A stretch of DNA of 64,000 nt from Squalus acanthias (lineage: Eukaryota), in assembly GCA_030390025.1 (NCBI GenBank), contig JASTWF010000353.1:434001-498000 (forward strand). The letters are read 5' to 3'. Below the pieces are notes generated by a model. The model saw only the letters and a program-made list of their open reading frames with translations, was not told the origin of the DNA and did not search any database. Positions 1 through 11,000 of the stretch are shown one piece after another. The position numbers and the translations under genes were made by a program. Within the stretch, counting starts at the first letter, position 1. Each line of letters begins with the position of its first letter.

Positions 1-1812
1 ATGTCCCACCCCCTATATATGCTACCTGTGGGGAAACATGGCCGTGTGCCATCACCTCCATGGTACAATTGATAGGTCGTGCGCCAGCAGCTTTAAACCC
101 GCACTGTGGTTTGGAATAGGCGTTCAAGTGCTGGGGACACAGTATTATGTGTGAACCCCGGCTCCAGCACCCGGATAGGTCAGTACCTGTCATGGCGTGC
201 TCCCACTTTATGACATAAGGTGGGACCGCTGTAAAACGGATGTGTGCACCCCCTTGAATGACTCCAATGTTCTCCACCCTGTATACCGGTACGGGTCGGG
301 CTGTCCCACTCATGACCGGCATTCTCACTACTATCCCCATGATAGTGTGATTTGAACGCCCACAATCTATTGGGACAGGGTAGGCTTCAGAGGCTAGACG
401 AAATTGGCATGGGCTCAGCGAATTACTAAACGGGTGGAGGGCTGCGAGGTGCTTGTTGCTGATCCAGGAGGGGACTAAACCTTGCTTTAAATCCTCCAAG
501 TTGCTACGGCCCTCGCCCAGCAATGATGCCCCGTACAGCACACACACCTCATTCTCTGCAGCCTGATCCGATGCATTCCTATCCTCCCGTATGAGTGCAT
601 TTACTGTTTTGGCATGCGTTTCCAATTCTGCAATAATTTCCTTTAAATGAACCGTCATAGCTTGGTCCTCATGTAGCTCTGAGCCTACCACTGTGTTCCC
701 ATCCTTCAGGATCTTAACTGGGTTTTTAAACCATTTATCTGTGTCTGTAATTCCATGTCATCCAGGCTATTTATTACAGAGGACCCTGTACTATAGGCAG
801 TGAAGACATCATTCCAGGCTCCCCTTCTTTGTCTACCCATGCCCATAGGGATCTCAGGGTGTATTCTGTATAGCTCTACTTTGTCTATATTGGCAAAATC
901 AAATTCGTAACATTTCCTAAACATTTCCTTTAGCAGGGCCTGGTACAGTTGCTCCGTCTCCTTAGGACACCACTCAGGTAAGTATACCTCGGTGAGGTTT
1001 AATATTACTGAAGCTACTGCATAGTGTACCCCCTGGTATAGTACCTTTTCAGTTGGTACTAGGACTAACCCATTCCCTGGTCCCTTGGTGGTGGTAGGAC
1101 ACTTTTCTTCCAGGGTTTTCGGTACCTGGGTCGTGGGTAGGGGCTTTCGGGTGTGTGCCACGAGTTCAGTGGCATTAACTGGGACCGGAATGTGTGGGAC
1201 CACGCACCCATGCAGGCTAGAATCCCACCCTATCCCCTCCCCGGCATCCTGCCATTGGCTGGAGAAGATGATGGATACCCCTGTGGGGCAGGCTTCCTCT
1301 GATCCCCACATACAAACATAGACTCCCTGTTCCGACTCCCACCACTTATCCCAACAAACACTGACTCCTCCTTGGGTCCCTGTGATTGTCCGGTGGGTGT
1401 CGTTCCCTAATCTTTCCCAGTCGGCTGTATGGTCCCCTGCGTCCCTGCTCAGCTTCCTGAGCCACCACCACCTATTCAGGGGAATTCGTCCCTTACAGGT
1501 AAGGCACACACGCTTCCCCTCGGTGACACTGACCCTTGTGGCAATGACCTGTATTCTAGGGCATGGGAGGGAGGCCTCCCCGTACGTGAACCCGGGCTGG
1601 TTGGAGTATTTAGTAGAGTTGGACCCCAGCCACCCTGGCCACCTTCCCTCGTGGAAGTAGATGGCGAGCTCCTCCACTCCCTGCTCGCCACCCCCTGCGG
1701 TGACGACTGGTGCTCTCACTCCTGAGCACCCATAGATGTGGGAGTCCTCCACGTCACCTCGCCTCCCAGCGCTCATTCCTATCAGAGCGAGTAGGAGTAT
1801 GCCCCCCTTCAT
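1..1812 (-). pseudogene. env: env of element 1 (signal peptide + Ig-like domain + F-like fusion protein), frameshifted near 714
   Basis: ORF 706-1926 has likely start MKGGILLLALIG at 1812, an Ig-like C..W..GVYVC pattern and furin site RQRR|G. Homology to the element 2 env resumes in another frame (KILKDGNTVVGSELHEDQAMTVHLKEII...PQVAYIGGGT) down to position 1. Confidence 0.85.
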
Positions 1813-2136
1813 ATCGACAATCCCTTCTGTAAGGGGACACAAGAGCATATAGCCAGGTCCCGAGTAGATTCTCTGGCTTGGGTGAAGCATAGTCGGGTCT
1901 TGCGACCTCGACTCAATACAAAACATTCTTGAAATTATAACATTTTAAAACTACCCACCACCTTACTTAAAATTTAACTAAAAACACCCAAACTTAACAA
2001 TCTCAAAATTTAATAAACAAAAGCTATGTACATTCGCCGCCCGTCTCCGGACGGCTAGCCTAACTCCTGTCAGGACTGCAGCACCCTACTCCCTTTGGTG
2101 TGGCCGCCCTGTCCTGTACCTTTGGTCCCTTGCAGC

Positions 2137-2890
2137 CTATGGCTGCTGGCCGGGAATCTCTGTCCTCAGACCCCTGGCTTGAGGGGCGGCCCCTTTAAAT
2201 TGGGGAGCCGGTGACCACGGTTTCTTTGGCTGTGGCGTACGTGGGGACTTTCTAGGGGCTCTAGCTGGTGGGTCTTTAACACGAGCCACTGCCCCCTGTT
2301 GTGTGGTCTGTGAATCTTCCACTGCCACTGGCTGGGGATTTCTATCCTCAGGCTGTACCTTTTCTAAACCTGTTTCAGGGTCAGGTGACTCTTCGCAGCC
2401 TGGTGCTGGTTCAACACCTAGATCGGGGGGCGGGGCTATCTGGTTCGGGCTCCTCCTCCTCTAAATCCCAGAGAATTGGGGGAATGTCCCAAACGGTGGG
2501 TGGGAATGTCCCAAACGGTGGGTGGGGTGGCCCCTCCCCTAAGACAAGCCACTGCCCCTGCTTGTGCATTCTGTGAAATCTCGCCTGCTGCAGGCCGAAG
2601 ATTTCTATTCTGTTCCAGTTTGGTCAACTCCGCTACCATGGCTTGCAACTGCGGGGTGGTGAATTCCCCCGGGGTTGTTGAGCAAACCATCCCTCTGGCT
2701 TTGGATAGGGCTTGGGTCAGGCCTTTTATCCTTTCATCACAGGGCCCATGGTTTAAATCCTCATACTCCCTGCTCCTGGCTACCCTGTAGGCTGCCTTTA
2801 TGTCTCTAAGCTGCCCTTCTAGCCCGTCTACTTTCCCCATTAAGCGGGCGTTCTCCTCCTGTAAGGCCTGCTCATTTAACCTGGCCTCCT
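2137..2890 (-). pseudogene. Chimeric remnant in place of pol: diverged Gag coiled-coil segment joined to the Pol C-terminal tail
   Basis: KAAYRV...HGPCDERIKGLTQALSKARGMVC resembles Gag QAAYKV...HSPCQKQIESLSLALRKARGMVC; QAGAVACLRG and PRKSPRTPQPKKPWS resemble Pol QAGVAACIRG and PRRSSREPQPRRMWS. Confidence 0.7.
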
Positions 2891-2953
2891 TACAGGAGGT
2901 CTCTTCCTGTGCGTGTCTTTCAAGGGGTCACAAGTAGGCTGCGCTGGTTCCAG

Positions 2954-4741
2954 TCAGAAGTCTGGGTTGTATGGGGCTGCTGCTACCTTCCCTGGGCCAG
3001 TCAATAGGGATCTCATGGCGTCCAAAAATGACTCGACCGTGGTGGGAGGGATCCCTGTCTCTGCCTTTTGGGCTGGGGCTGAAGAATTCTTTCCCTTGTT
3101 ATCCTTCCAAGGATTCCTCCAGTGACCATCCTTCCCACACCCATAACAGTTAAGCTTTGTGCTGGAAGGGTTATTCCCCTCCTGATGCCACTCCTTCCTA
3201 CTCTGGCTGGGTTTTATTTCATGTACTTTCCCCTTTTGTGGGGTCTGTTCCGCCCCTCTCCCGTTCCGGTAGGCCAGGTTCAGCTGTCTGACAACTGCCT
3301 CTTCGGTGCCCCGGGGGTCTTTCGGGTCAAACCAAAGCTCAGCTTGGGTTTTGATCCAAGGCAAGCTGTTTGTCACTAGGCTATGGAGCCAGTGGGCCAG
3401 CTCGTCCCGGTTTAGGTGAGCCCTGTTAAGATCCCCACCACAAGCACCCCTGTACACGGGCCACAGCCTGTCTGCGAAAGCCTGTGGGGTCTCTCCTGCG
3501 AGCTGCACTGTTTTCTCCACCCGGGAGAAAGGACTTCCCTCATTCATCCCCATTGCCTCTAAAACTTCCTCAGTGATGGCCGCATACCCATTCTGTCCTC
3601 TCTTGCTCTCAGCAGAGAGAGACTGATATAACCAGCTGTCCAGTGAGAACAGGAGCATTTTTGCCATCTCGGCATCGTCACAGCCGTTGATGCCTGCTGC
3701 CTGTTCTACTTCTATGAAGTGAACTGAGGGGTCCCCTTGTTGGGTGAGTTTACTCAGGTGGCTTACCATAACCCTTAGCTGTTGTGTACCGTGGGGAGCC
3801 ACGAACTGGCTTTGGAGAGGTCCCGCATCCCCGTTATCAGCGGGTGGGCCAAATCTGTCCTGCCGGGCCGGGCAAATCGGCCCCGGTCCCAGCCTCTCTT
3901 GCGGGGTTTTTTCCACCTCAGCTTCTGCCCCTAACTCCACCCCTTCTTCTTGCCAGACTGCGCTAAAGCTTGACACTATGGGTGGTGGTCATGGGCCCTC
4001 CCGCTCCTCAACCGGGTCGTCCCTTGGCGCTATCTTTGGTGTCTGAACCGTTCTCCCCAGGTTCCCTGTAAAGTTGACCTGGGCTGCACTTGGGCTTATG
4101 AGGCACACCATGCCTCTTGCCTTCCTTAGAGCAAGGCTGAGACTCTCTATCTGCTTCTGGCAGGGGCTATGGTCCGAATCCTCAAACCCCTGTGCGCTCA
4201 TTACCTTATAGGCTGCCTGTAAGCCTTTTACTGTCTCCTCCTGCTCTCTTACTTGTTTTGCCAGGCAGGCATTCTTTTCCCGCAACCTCAGCTCATTGTT
4301 CTTGGCCTCAGTGACCTGGCACTGTAAGTAATCCTGTTGGGTCTTGTGTTCCCCCACTAACTGCACCCTTTCCTGGTTTAGCGCCTGCAATGCTAACAGT
4401 AACTTCTCCCCTGCTAGGGCCTTCGTTTGGACTTCCAGGGCTGACTCCCGAATCTCGGCTGCCTGTGCTTCAACGAGTCTGTCCAAAAGTTGGATCTGTT
4501 TCTTGAAGCACATCAGCCAGACTGCCTTTTCTAAGGATTTTTTATGATCCTTCCCTTCTGTCCATTTAGCTGCTGCATCTACCGGGCGCCCAGTTTTTAA
4601 TAGATTAGTGACCCACTTCTTTTCCATATTCACTTTGCTGAATACATAATCTGAAATCCTCTCTTCCATTACAGTTCTCTCTTCTGAATCAGTGTCTACT
4701 GCTTCACAACCCTTTTGCCAAGTCCTTGCCACGGTCGCCAT
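2954..4741 (-). pseudogene. gag: gag of element 1 with one in-frame TGA at 3989-3991 and an incomplete zinc knuckle
   Basis: ORFs 3989-4801 (ATG at 4741) and 2954-3976 are in the same frame. Coiled-coil N half, capsid-like C half. CYGCGKDGHWRNP lacks the four residues, including the last Cys, seen in element 2 (CYGCGKTGHWRKHCRNP). Confidence 0.85.
4722..4740 (-). promoter_or_regulatory. Primer binding site, tRNA-Arg-like (imperfect)
   Basis: TGGCGACCGTGGCAAGGAC lies 1 nt after the LTR end and resembles the PBS at 62405-62422. Confidence 0.75.
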
Positions 4742-5526
4742 TGTAAGGGTGTGGTTGTTATAAAGTGAGCGGTTCGAATCGCTCCCACGCCCCAGGTTCA
4801 AAACTTGGACTTATTTAGGGGTTGTGAATACAAATGCAGTAGGCCACAGGTTCCAATGAAAGAACTATAACTTTTATTAAAGTTAAAAGGTAACAAACTT
4901 AAACACACTTCACACTTAAACAGGTTTGGGGAGCACACGGTTACAGGCGAGGAAAATGACAGTATACAAGAAAAATAAAAACCTTTATCCCTCCCAAAAC
5001 TTCCCACTTCTAGCTAGGTTTCGGTTTCAGGAGATCAGGGATAATGCTCACCAGACAGGGGTATTAACAATCCGTGGTCCAGCCAGGTAAGTCGATGGTG
5101 ATTCTGGTCATCGAACGTTTTCCTTCACCATGTGGCTTCTGGGCAGTGCTGCCAGAGACCCCTGCTTCCCGCATAGTCGGTCGAGTCGAAAAGAGAAAGA
5201 AATCTTGGGTCCTGCCGCAATTATAGTGCTGTTCGTCCCCCCCGCCCTCCCACCCCACCACAAACTCCTCATGAAAAAACTAGTTTCGTAATGCAGTGAG
5301 TTTTCAGGTGAGGCCAGTTCATTGTCTTGTTGAAAATTTTGATGGGCTCTGTGTTTTGGGTGGGGCAGTTTTTTCCCCAGAGCCTATTGTTCAAATGGTG
5401 GTGTTTTGCTGGTCTTGAATTCCCAGACCAGGTACATGTTCAGGCATGTTCCTTTAAATTTCCAAAGTCCTTATTTTTTCCTTTCGATATATGATTTGGG
5501 GAACTGCAAATTTTGAAAATCTTACA
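4742..5526 (-). repeat. 5' LTR of element 1 (785 bp)
   Basis: Minus strand begins TGTAAG and ends CCCTTACA; TATAATT near 5220, AATAAA at 4873-4878; shares blocks with the solo LTR at 18891-20086. Confidence 0.85.
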
Positions 5527-5528
5527 CT

Positions 5529-6055
5529 ATACACTGTCCCATCAAACACTCCCAGAGCAGGTACAGCAAAGGTTAGATACAGAGTAAAACTCCCTCTACA
5601 CTGTTCCATCAAACACACCCAGGGCAGTTAGAGAACGGTTAAATAAAGAGTAAAACTCCCTCTACACTGTCCCATCAAACAGTCCCAGGGCAGGTGCAGC
5701 ACGGCTTAGATACAGAGTAAAGCTTCCTCTAGACTGTCCCATCAAACACTCCCAGGGCAGGTACAGCATGGCTTAGATACAGAGTGAAGCTCCCTCCAGA
5801 CTGTCCCATCAAAAACTCCAAGGGCAGGTGCAGCACGACTTAGTTGCAGAGTAAGGCTCCCTCTACACTGTCACATCAAATACTCCAAGGGCAGGTACAG
5901 CACGTGTTAGATACAGAGTAAATCTCCCTCTACCCTGTCCCATCAAACACTCCAAGGGCAGGTACAGCACAGGTTAGATACAGAGTAAAGCTCCCTCTAC
6001 ACTGTCCCATCAAACACTCCCAGGGCAGGTACAGCATGGCTAGATACACAGTAAA
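5529..6055. repeat. 67-bp tandem repeat, about 8 copies
   Basis: Unit approx. ACACTGTCCCATCAAACACTCCCAGGGCAGGTACAGCACGGGTTAGATACAGAGTAAAGCTCCCTCT; unit starts at 5531 and 5598. Confidence 0.92.
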
Positions 6056-6852
6056 GAGAAAATAGATAAGGGAGAACCAGTAGATGTGGTGTATTTGGAC
6101 TTTCAAAAGGCTTTCGATAAGGTCCCGCATAAGAGATTAGCGTGTAAAGTGAAGGCACATGGGATTGGGGGCAAGGTATTGACTTGGATAGAGAACTGGT
6201 TGGCGGACAGAAAGCAGAGAGTAGGAATTAATGGGTCTTTTTCCGAGTGGCAAGCAGTGACTAGTGGGGTACCGCAGGGATCGGTCCTTGGACCCCAGCT
6301 ATTCACAATATACATTAATGATCTAGATAAGGGAACTAAATGTAATATCTCCAAGTTTGCAGATGACACAAAGCTGGGTGGGAGTGTGTGCTGCGAGGAG
6401 GATACCGAGAAACTCCAGGATGATCTGGACAGGTTGGGTGAGTGGGCAGAAGCGTGGCAGATGCAATATAACGTGGATAAATGCGAGGTTATCCACTTTG
6501 GTGTCAAAAACAGAAAGGCAGACTATTATCTGAATGGTAATAGATTGGGAGAAGGGGAAGCGCAACGAGACCTGGGTGTCCTTGTGCAGCAGTCGCTGAA
6601 GGTAAGCATGCAGGTGCAGCAGGCGGTGAAGAAGGCAAATGGTATGTTGGCCTTCATAGCGAAAGGGTTTGAGTATAGGAACAGGGATGTCCTGCTGCAG
6701 TTGTACAGGGCCTTGGTGAGACCACACCTTGAGTACTGTGTGCAGTTTTGGTCGCCTTATCTGAGGAAGGATGTTCTTGCCATGGAAGGAGTTCAGCGAA
6801 GATTCACAAGGCTGATACCTGGGATGGCAGGAATGACATATGAGGAGAGATT
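6056..6852 (+). mobile_element. CR1 LINE ORF2 fragment (reverse transcriptase), truncated at both ends
   Basis: [43 protein letters not shown] motifs. Confidence 0.93.
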
Positions 6853-7020
6853 GGAGTCGGGGGTCAGAGAGAGGGATGCAGTCGGGGGTCAGGGAGAGGG
6901 ATGGAGTCGGGGGTCAGGGAGAGGGATGGAGTCGGGGGTCAGGGAGAGGGGTGGAGTCGGGGTCAGGGAGAGGGATGGAGTCGGTGGTCAGGGAGAGGGA
7001 TGGAGTCGGTGGTCAGGGAA
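6853..7020. repeat. 25-bp G/A-rich minisatellite, about 7 copies
   Basis: Repeated GGAGTCGGGGGTCAGGGAGAGGGAT. Confidence 0.9.
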
Positions 7021-7850
7021 CGGAGATTGTGGCGGGAACCGAAGACAATGGCTTCAGTCTGCCCAATGTTAGTTGGAGGAAATTTCTGCTCATCCACAAC
7101 TGGATGTCAGACAAGCAGTCTGACAAATCAGAGACAATGGAAGGGTTGAGAGAGGTGAGGTAGAGCGGGGTGTCGTCAGCATACATGTGGACTCTGACAT
7201 TGTGTTTTCGGATGATGTCGCCGAGGGGCAGCATGTAGTTGAGAAATAGGAGGGGGCCGAATTTAAATCTTTGTGGGACGATGTGGGAGCGGGAAGAGAA
7301 GCCGTTGCAGGTGGACAATGGAGTAGAGGCTTAAGAAGTCGGTTGGTAGTGCAGAAAAGAAGCCGGGGGTTATCTTTGTTTTCCAACATGATCCCGGAAT
7401 AGTGAGCAGTTTTGGTCGAGGAGAGCAGGGCCCGATAGTGCTTTATGTGGTCCAGCCAGATCTAGCGATGAATGGTTAAACTAGTGGTCCGCCATATCCA
7501 TTCAAGTTTGCATCACTTGGACTTTAACTAATGGTTTTAATGAGCACTAGGGCATCAAAGGTGGTGGTGAGACTGTGGTGAGCAGATCGGCAGCTGCAGA
7601 AATGTCATGGTGAATGGAGGGCCAAAGGCTGACCAGTTGGGAATTTGAAAGTGCCGTTTTAAGTGACTTGGGGGAGAGGATTTTTCCAGGGACGGACCCA
7701 GGAAGAAATAGGGTTGGGAGGAGAAGGGGGATGTGGGTGGAGAGCGATACAAGGAAGTGATCAGTGATGGCCTTATCTGTAATTGAAACAATGGCAGTAG
7801 AGAGGCCGTATGAGATGGCCGGGTTGAGGGGCAGGCCATGAATATCACCG
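7021..7850 (-). mobile_element. Degraded L2-type LINE ORF2 fragments (endonuclease end, linker, RT) with internal deletions
   Basis: [63 protein letters not shown] and ITDHFLVS motifs. Confidence 0.75.
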
Positions 7851-7904
7851 CTGAAAGATGGGTTTTCATGTCGAGCAGGAGCATTTCTAAGTGGTACTAA
7901 TTGC

Positions 7905-8030
7905 CTAAAACGATACAACTATGGAAGACTCCAGCACCGAAGGAGACCATTCTGCCCATCGTGTCTGTGCAAGTTCTCTGCTCGAGCAGTAAAAAACTAA
8001 TCCCACTGCCCCGCTCTCCCCCATAGCCCT
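7905..8030 (-). mobile_element. CR1-type 3' tail remnant leading into the 49-bp satellite
   Basis: CAGCACCGAAGGAGACCATTCTGCCCATCG resembles the reverse complement of the CR1 3' UTR motif GGGCCGAATGGCCTA seen at about 20690-20705. Confidence 0.55.
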
Positions 8031-11000
8031 GTATCAATCCCCAAACTAATCCCACTGCCCCGCTCTCTCCCCCATAGCCCTGTATCAATCCCAAACTAAT
8101 CCCACTGCCACTCTCTCTCCCCATCGCCCTGTATGAATCCCAAACTAATCTCACAGCCCCACTCCCTCCCCATAGCCATGTATCAATCCAAAACTAATCC
8201 CATTGCCCCGCTCTCTCCCCTTAGCCCTGTGTCAATCCAAAATTCAACCCACTGCCCCGCTCTCTCCCCTTAGCCCTGTGTCAATCCGAAAACTAATCCC
8301 ACTGCACCGCTCTCTCCCCATAGCCCTGTATCAATCCCAAACTAATCCCACTGCCCCACTCTCTTCCCATCGCCCTGTATCAATCCCCAAACTAATCCCA
8401 CTGCCCCGCTCTCTCCGCGTAGCCCTGTTTCAATCCCAAACTAATCCAACTGCACTGCTCTCTCCCAATCGCCCTGTATCAATCCAAAACTCATCCCACT
8501 GCCCCGCTCTCTTCCCATAGCCCTGTTTCAATCCCAAACTAATCCCACTGCCCCGCTCTCTTCCCATAGCCCTGTATCAATCCCAAACTATTCCCACTGC
8601 CCCGCTCTGTCCCCAAAGCCCTGTATCAATCCCAAACTAATCCCACTGCCCCGCTCTCTCCCCATAGCCCTGTATCAATCCCAAACTAATCCCACTGCCC
8701 CGCTCTCTTCCCATAGCCCAGTATCAATCCCAAACTAATCCCACTGCCCCGCTCTCTCCCCATAGCCCTGTATCAATCCCAAAACTCATCTCACTGTCCC
8801 GCTCTCGCCCCATTGCCCTGTATCAATCCCAAACTAATCCCATTGCACCACACACTCCCATAGCCCTGTATAAATCTCCAAACTAATCCCACTTTCCCGC
8901 TCTCTCCCCATAGCCCTGTATCTATCCCACCTAATCCCATAGCCCTGCCCTCACCCCAAACCCCTGTATCAATCCCAAACTAATCCCACTGCCCACCCTC
9001 TCCCCATAGCCCTGTATCAATCCCAAACTAATCCCACTGCCCACTCTCTCCCCATAGCCCTGTATCAATCCCAAACAAATCCCACAGCCCCTCTCTCTCC
9101 CCATAGCCCTGTATCAATCCCAAACAAATCCCAGTACCCCGCTCACTCACCATAGTCTTGTTCCAATCCAAAACTAATCCCACTGCCCCGCTCTCTCCCA
9201 ATCGCCCTGCATCAATCCAAAACTAATCTCATTGCCCGGCTCTCTCCCCATAGCCCTGCATCAATCCAAAACTAATCCCACTGCCCCGCTCTCTCTCCAA
9301 AGCCCTGTGTCAATCCCAAAACTAATCCCACTGCCCCGCTCTCTCCCCATAGTCCTGTGTCAATCCCAAAACTAATCCCACTGCCCCGCTCTCTCCCCAT
9401 AGCACTGTATCAATCCCAAACTAATCCCACTGCCCCGCTCTCTCCCCATAGCCCTGTATCAATCCCAAACTAATCTCACAGCCCTGCTCTCTCCCCATAG
9501 CCCTGTATCAATCCCAAATTAATCTCACAGCCCCACTCCCTCCCCATAGCCATGTTCCAATCCAAAACTCAACCCACTGCCACGCTCTCTCCCCATAGCC
9601 CTGTATCAATCCCAAACTAATCTCACAGCCCTGCTCTCTCTCCATCGCCCTGTATCAATCCCCAAACTAATCCCACTGCCCCTCTCTCTCTCCATCGCCC
9701 TGTGTAAATCCCAAAACTCATCCCACTGCCCCGCTCTCTCCGCGTAGCCCTGTTTCAATCCCAAACTAATCCAACTGCACTGCTCTCTCCCAATCGCCCT
9801 GTATCAATCCAAAACTCATCCCACTGCCCCGCTCTCTTCCCATAGCCCTGTATCAATCCAAAACTAATCCCACTGCCCCGCTCTCTCCCCATAGCCCTGT
9901 GTCAATCCCAAAACTAATCCCACTGCCCCGCTCTCTCCGCATAGCCCTCTATCAATCCCAATTAATCCCACTGCCCCGCTCTCTTCCCATAGCCCTGCAT
10001 CAATCCCAAACTAATCCCACTGCCCCGCTCTCTCCCCATCGCCCTGTATCAATCCCCAAACTAATCCCACTGCCCCGCTCTCTCCGCGTAGCCCTGTTTC
10101 AATTCCAAACTAATCCAACTGCACTGCTCTCTCCCAATCGCCCTGTATCAATCCAAAACTCAGCCCACTGCCCCGCTCTCTTCCCATAGCCCTGTTTCAA
10201 TCCCAAACTAATCCCACTGCCCCGCTCTCTTCCCATAGCCCTGTATCAATCCCAAACTATTCCCACTGCCCCGCTCTGTCCCCAAAGCCCTGTATCAATC
10301 CAAAACTAATCCCACTGCCCCGCTCTCTCTCCAAAGCCCTGTGTCAATCCCAAAACTAATCCCACTGCCCCGCTCTCTCCCCATAGTCCTGTGTCAATCC
10401 CAAAACTAATCCCACTGCCCCGCTCTCTCCCCATAGCACTGTATCAATCCCAAACTAATCCCACTGCCCCGCTCTCTCCCCATAGCCCTGTATCAATCCC
10501 AAATTAATCTCACAGCCCCACTCCCTCCCCATAGCCATGTTCCAATCCAAAACTCAACCCACTGCCCCGCTCTCTCCCCATAGCCCTGTATCAATCCCAA
10601 ACTAATCTCACAGCCCTGCTCTCTCTCCATCGCCCTGTATCAATCCCCAAACTAATCCCACTGCCCCTCTCTCTCTCCATCGCCCTGTGTAAATCCCAAA
10701 ACTCATCCCACTGCCCCGCTCTCTCCGCGTAGCCCTGTTTCAATCCCAAACTAATCCAACTGCACTGCTCTCTCCCAATCGCCCTGTATCAATCCAAAAC
10801 TCATCCCACTGCCCCGCTCTCTTCCCATAGCCCTGTTTCAATCCAAAACTAATCCCACTGCCCCGCTCTCTCCCCATAGCCCTGTGTCAATCCCAAAACT
10901 AATCCCACTGCCCCGCTCTCTCCGCATAGCCCTCTATCAATCCCAATTAATCCCACTGCCCCGCTCTCTTCCCATAGCCCTGCATCAATCCCAAACTAAT

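Larger units (their letters stand above)
1..5526 (-). mobile_element. Element 1: defective endogenous retrovirus-like provirus (LTR-PBS-gag-deleted pol-env), 3' end outside the window
   Basis: TG...CA-bounded LTR, PBS, gag and env all align by eye with the more complete element at 49643-64000; no PR/RT/IN motifs between gag and env. Confidence 0.9.

Noticed and set aside
2480..2523. 22-bp direct repeat, and the roughly 26-bp AT-rich duplication near 55988-56040
   Set aside because: Simple local tandem duplications with no evidence of function.
4767..4790. tRNA gene suggested by GGTTCGAATC
   Set aside because: No acceptor stem, D arm or anticodon arm is visible; only an isolated hairpin.
6086..7072. 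328-aa ORF as a novel RT fusion protein
   Set aside because: A truncated CR1 RT that runs into a 25-bp minisatellite by chance.
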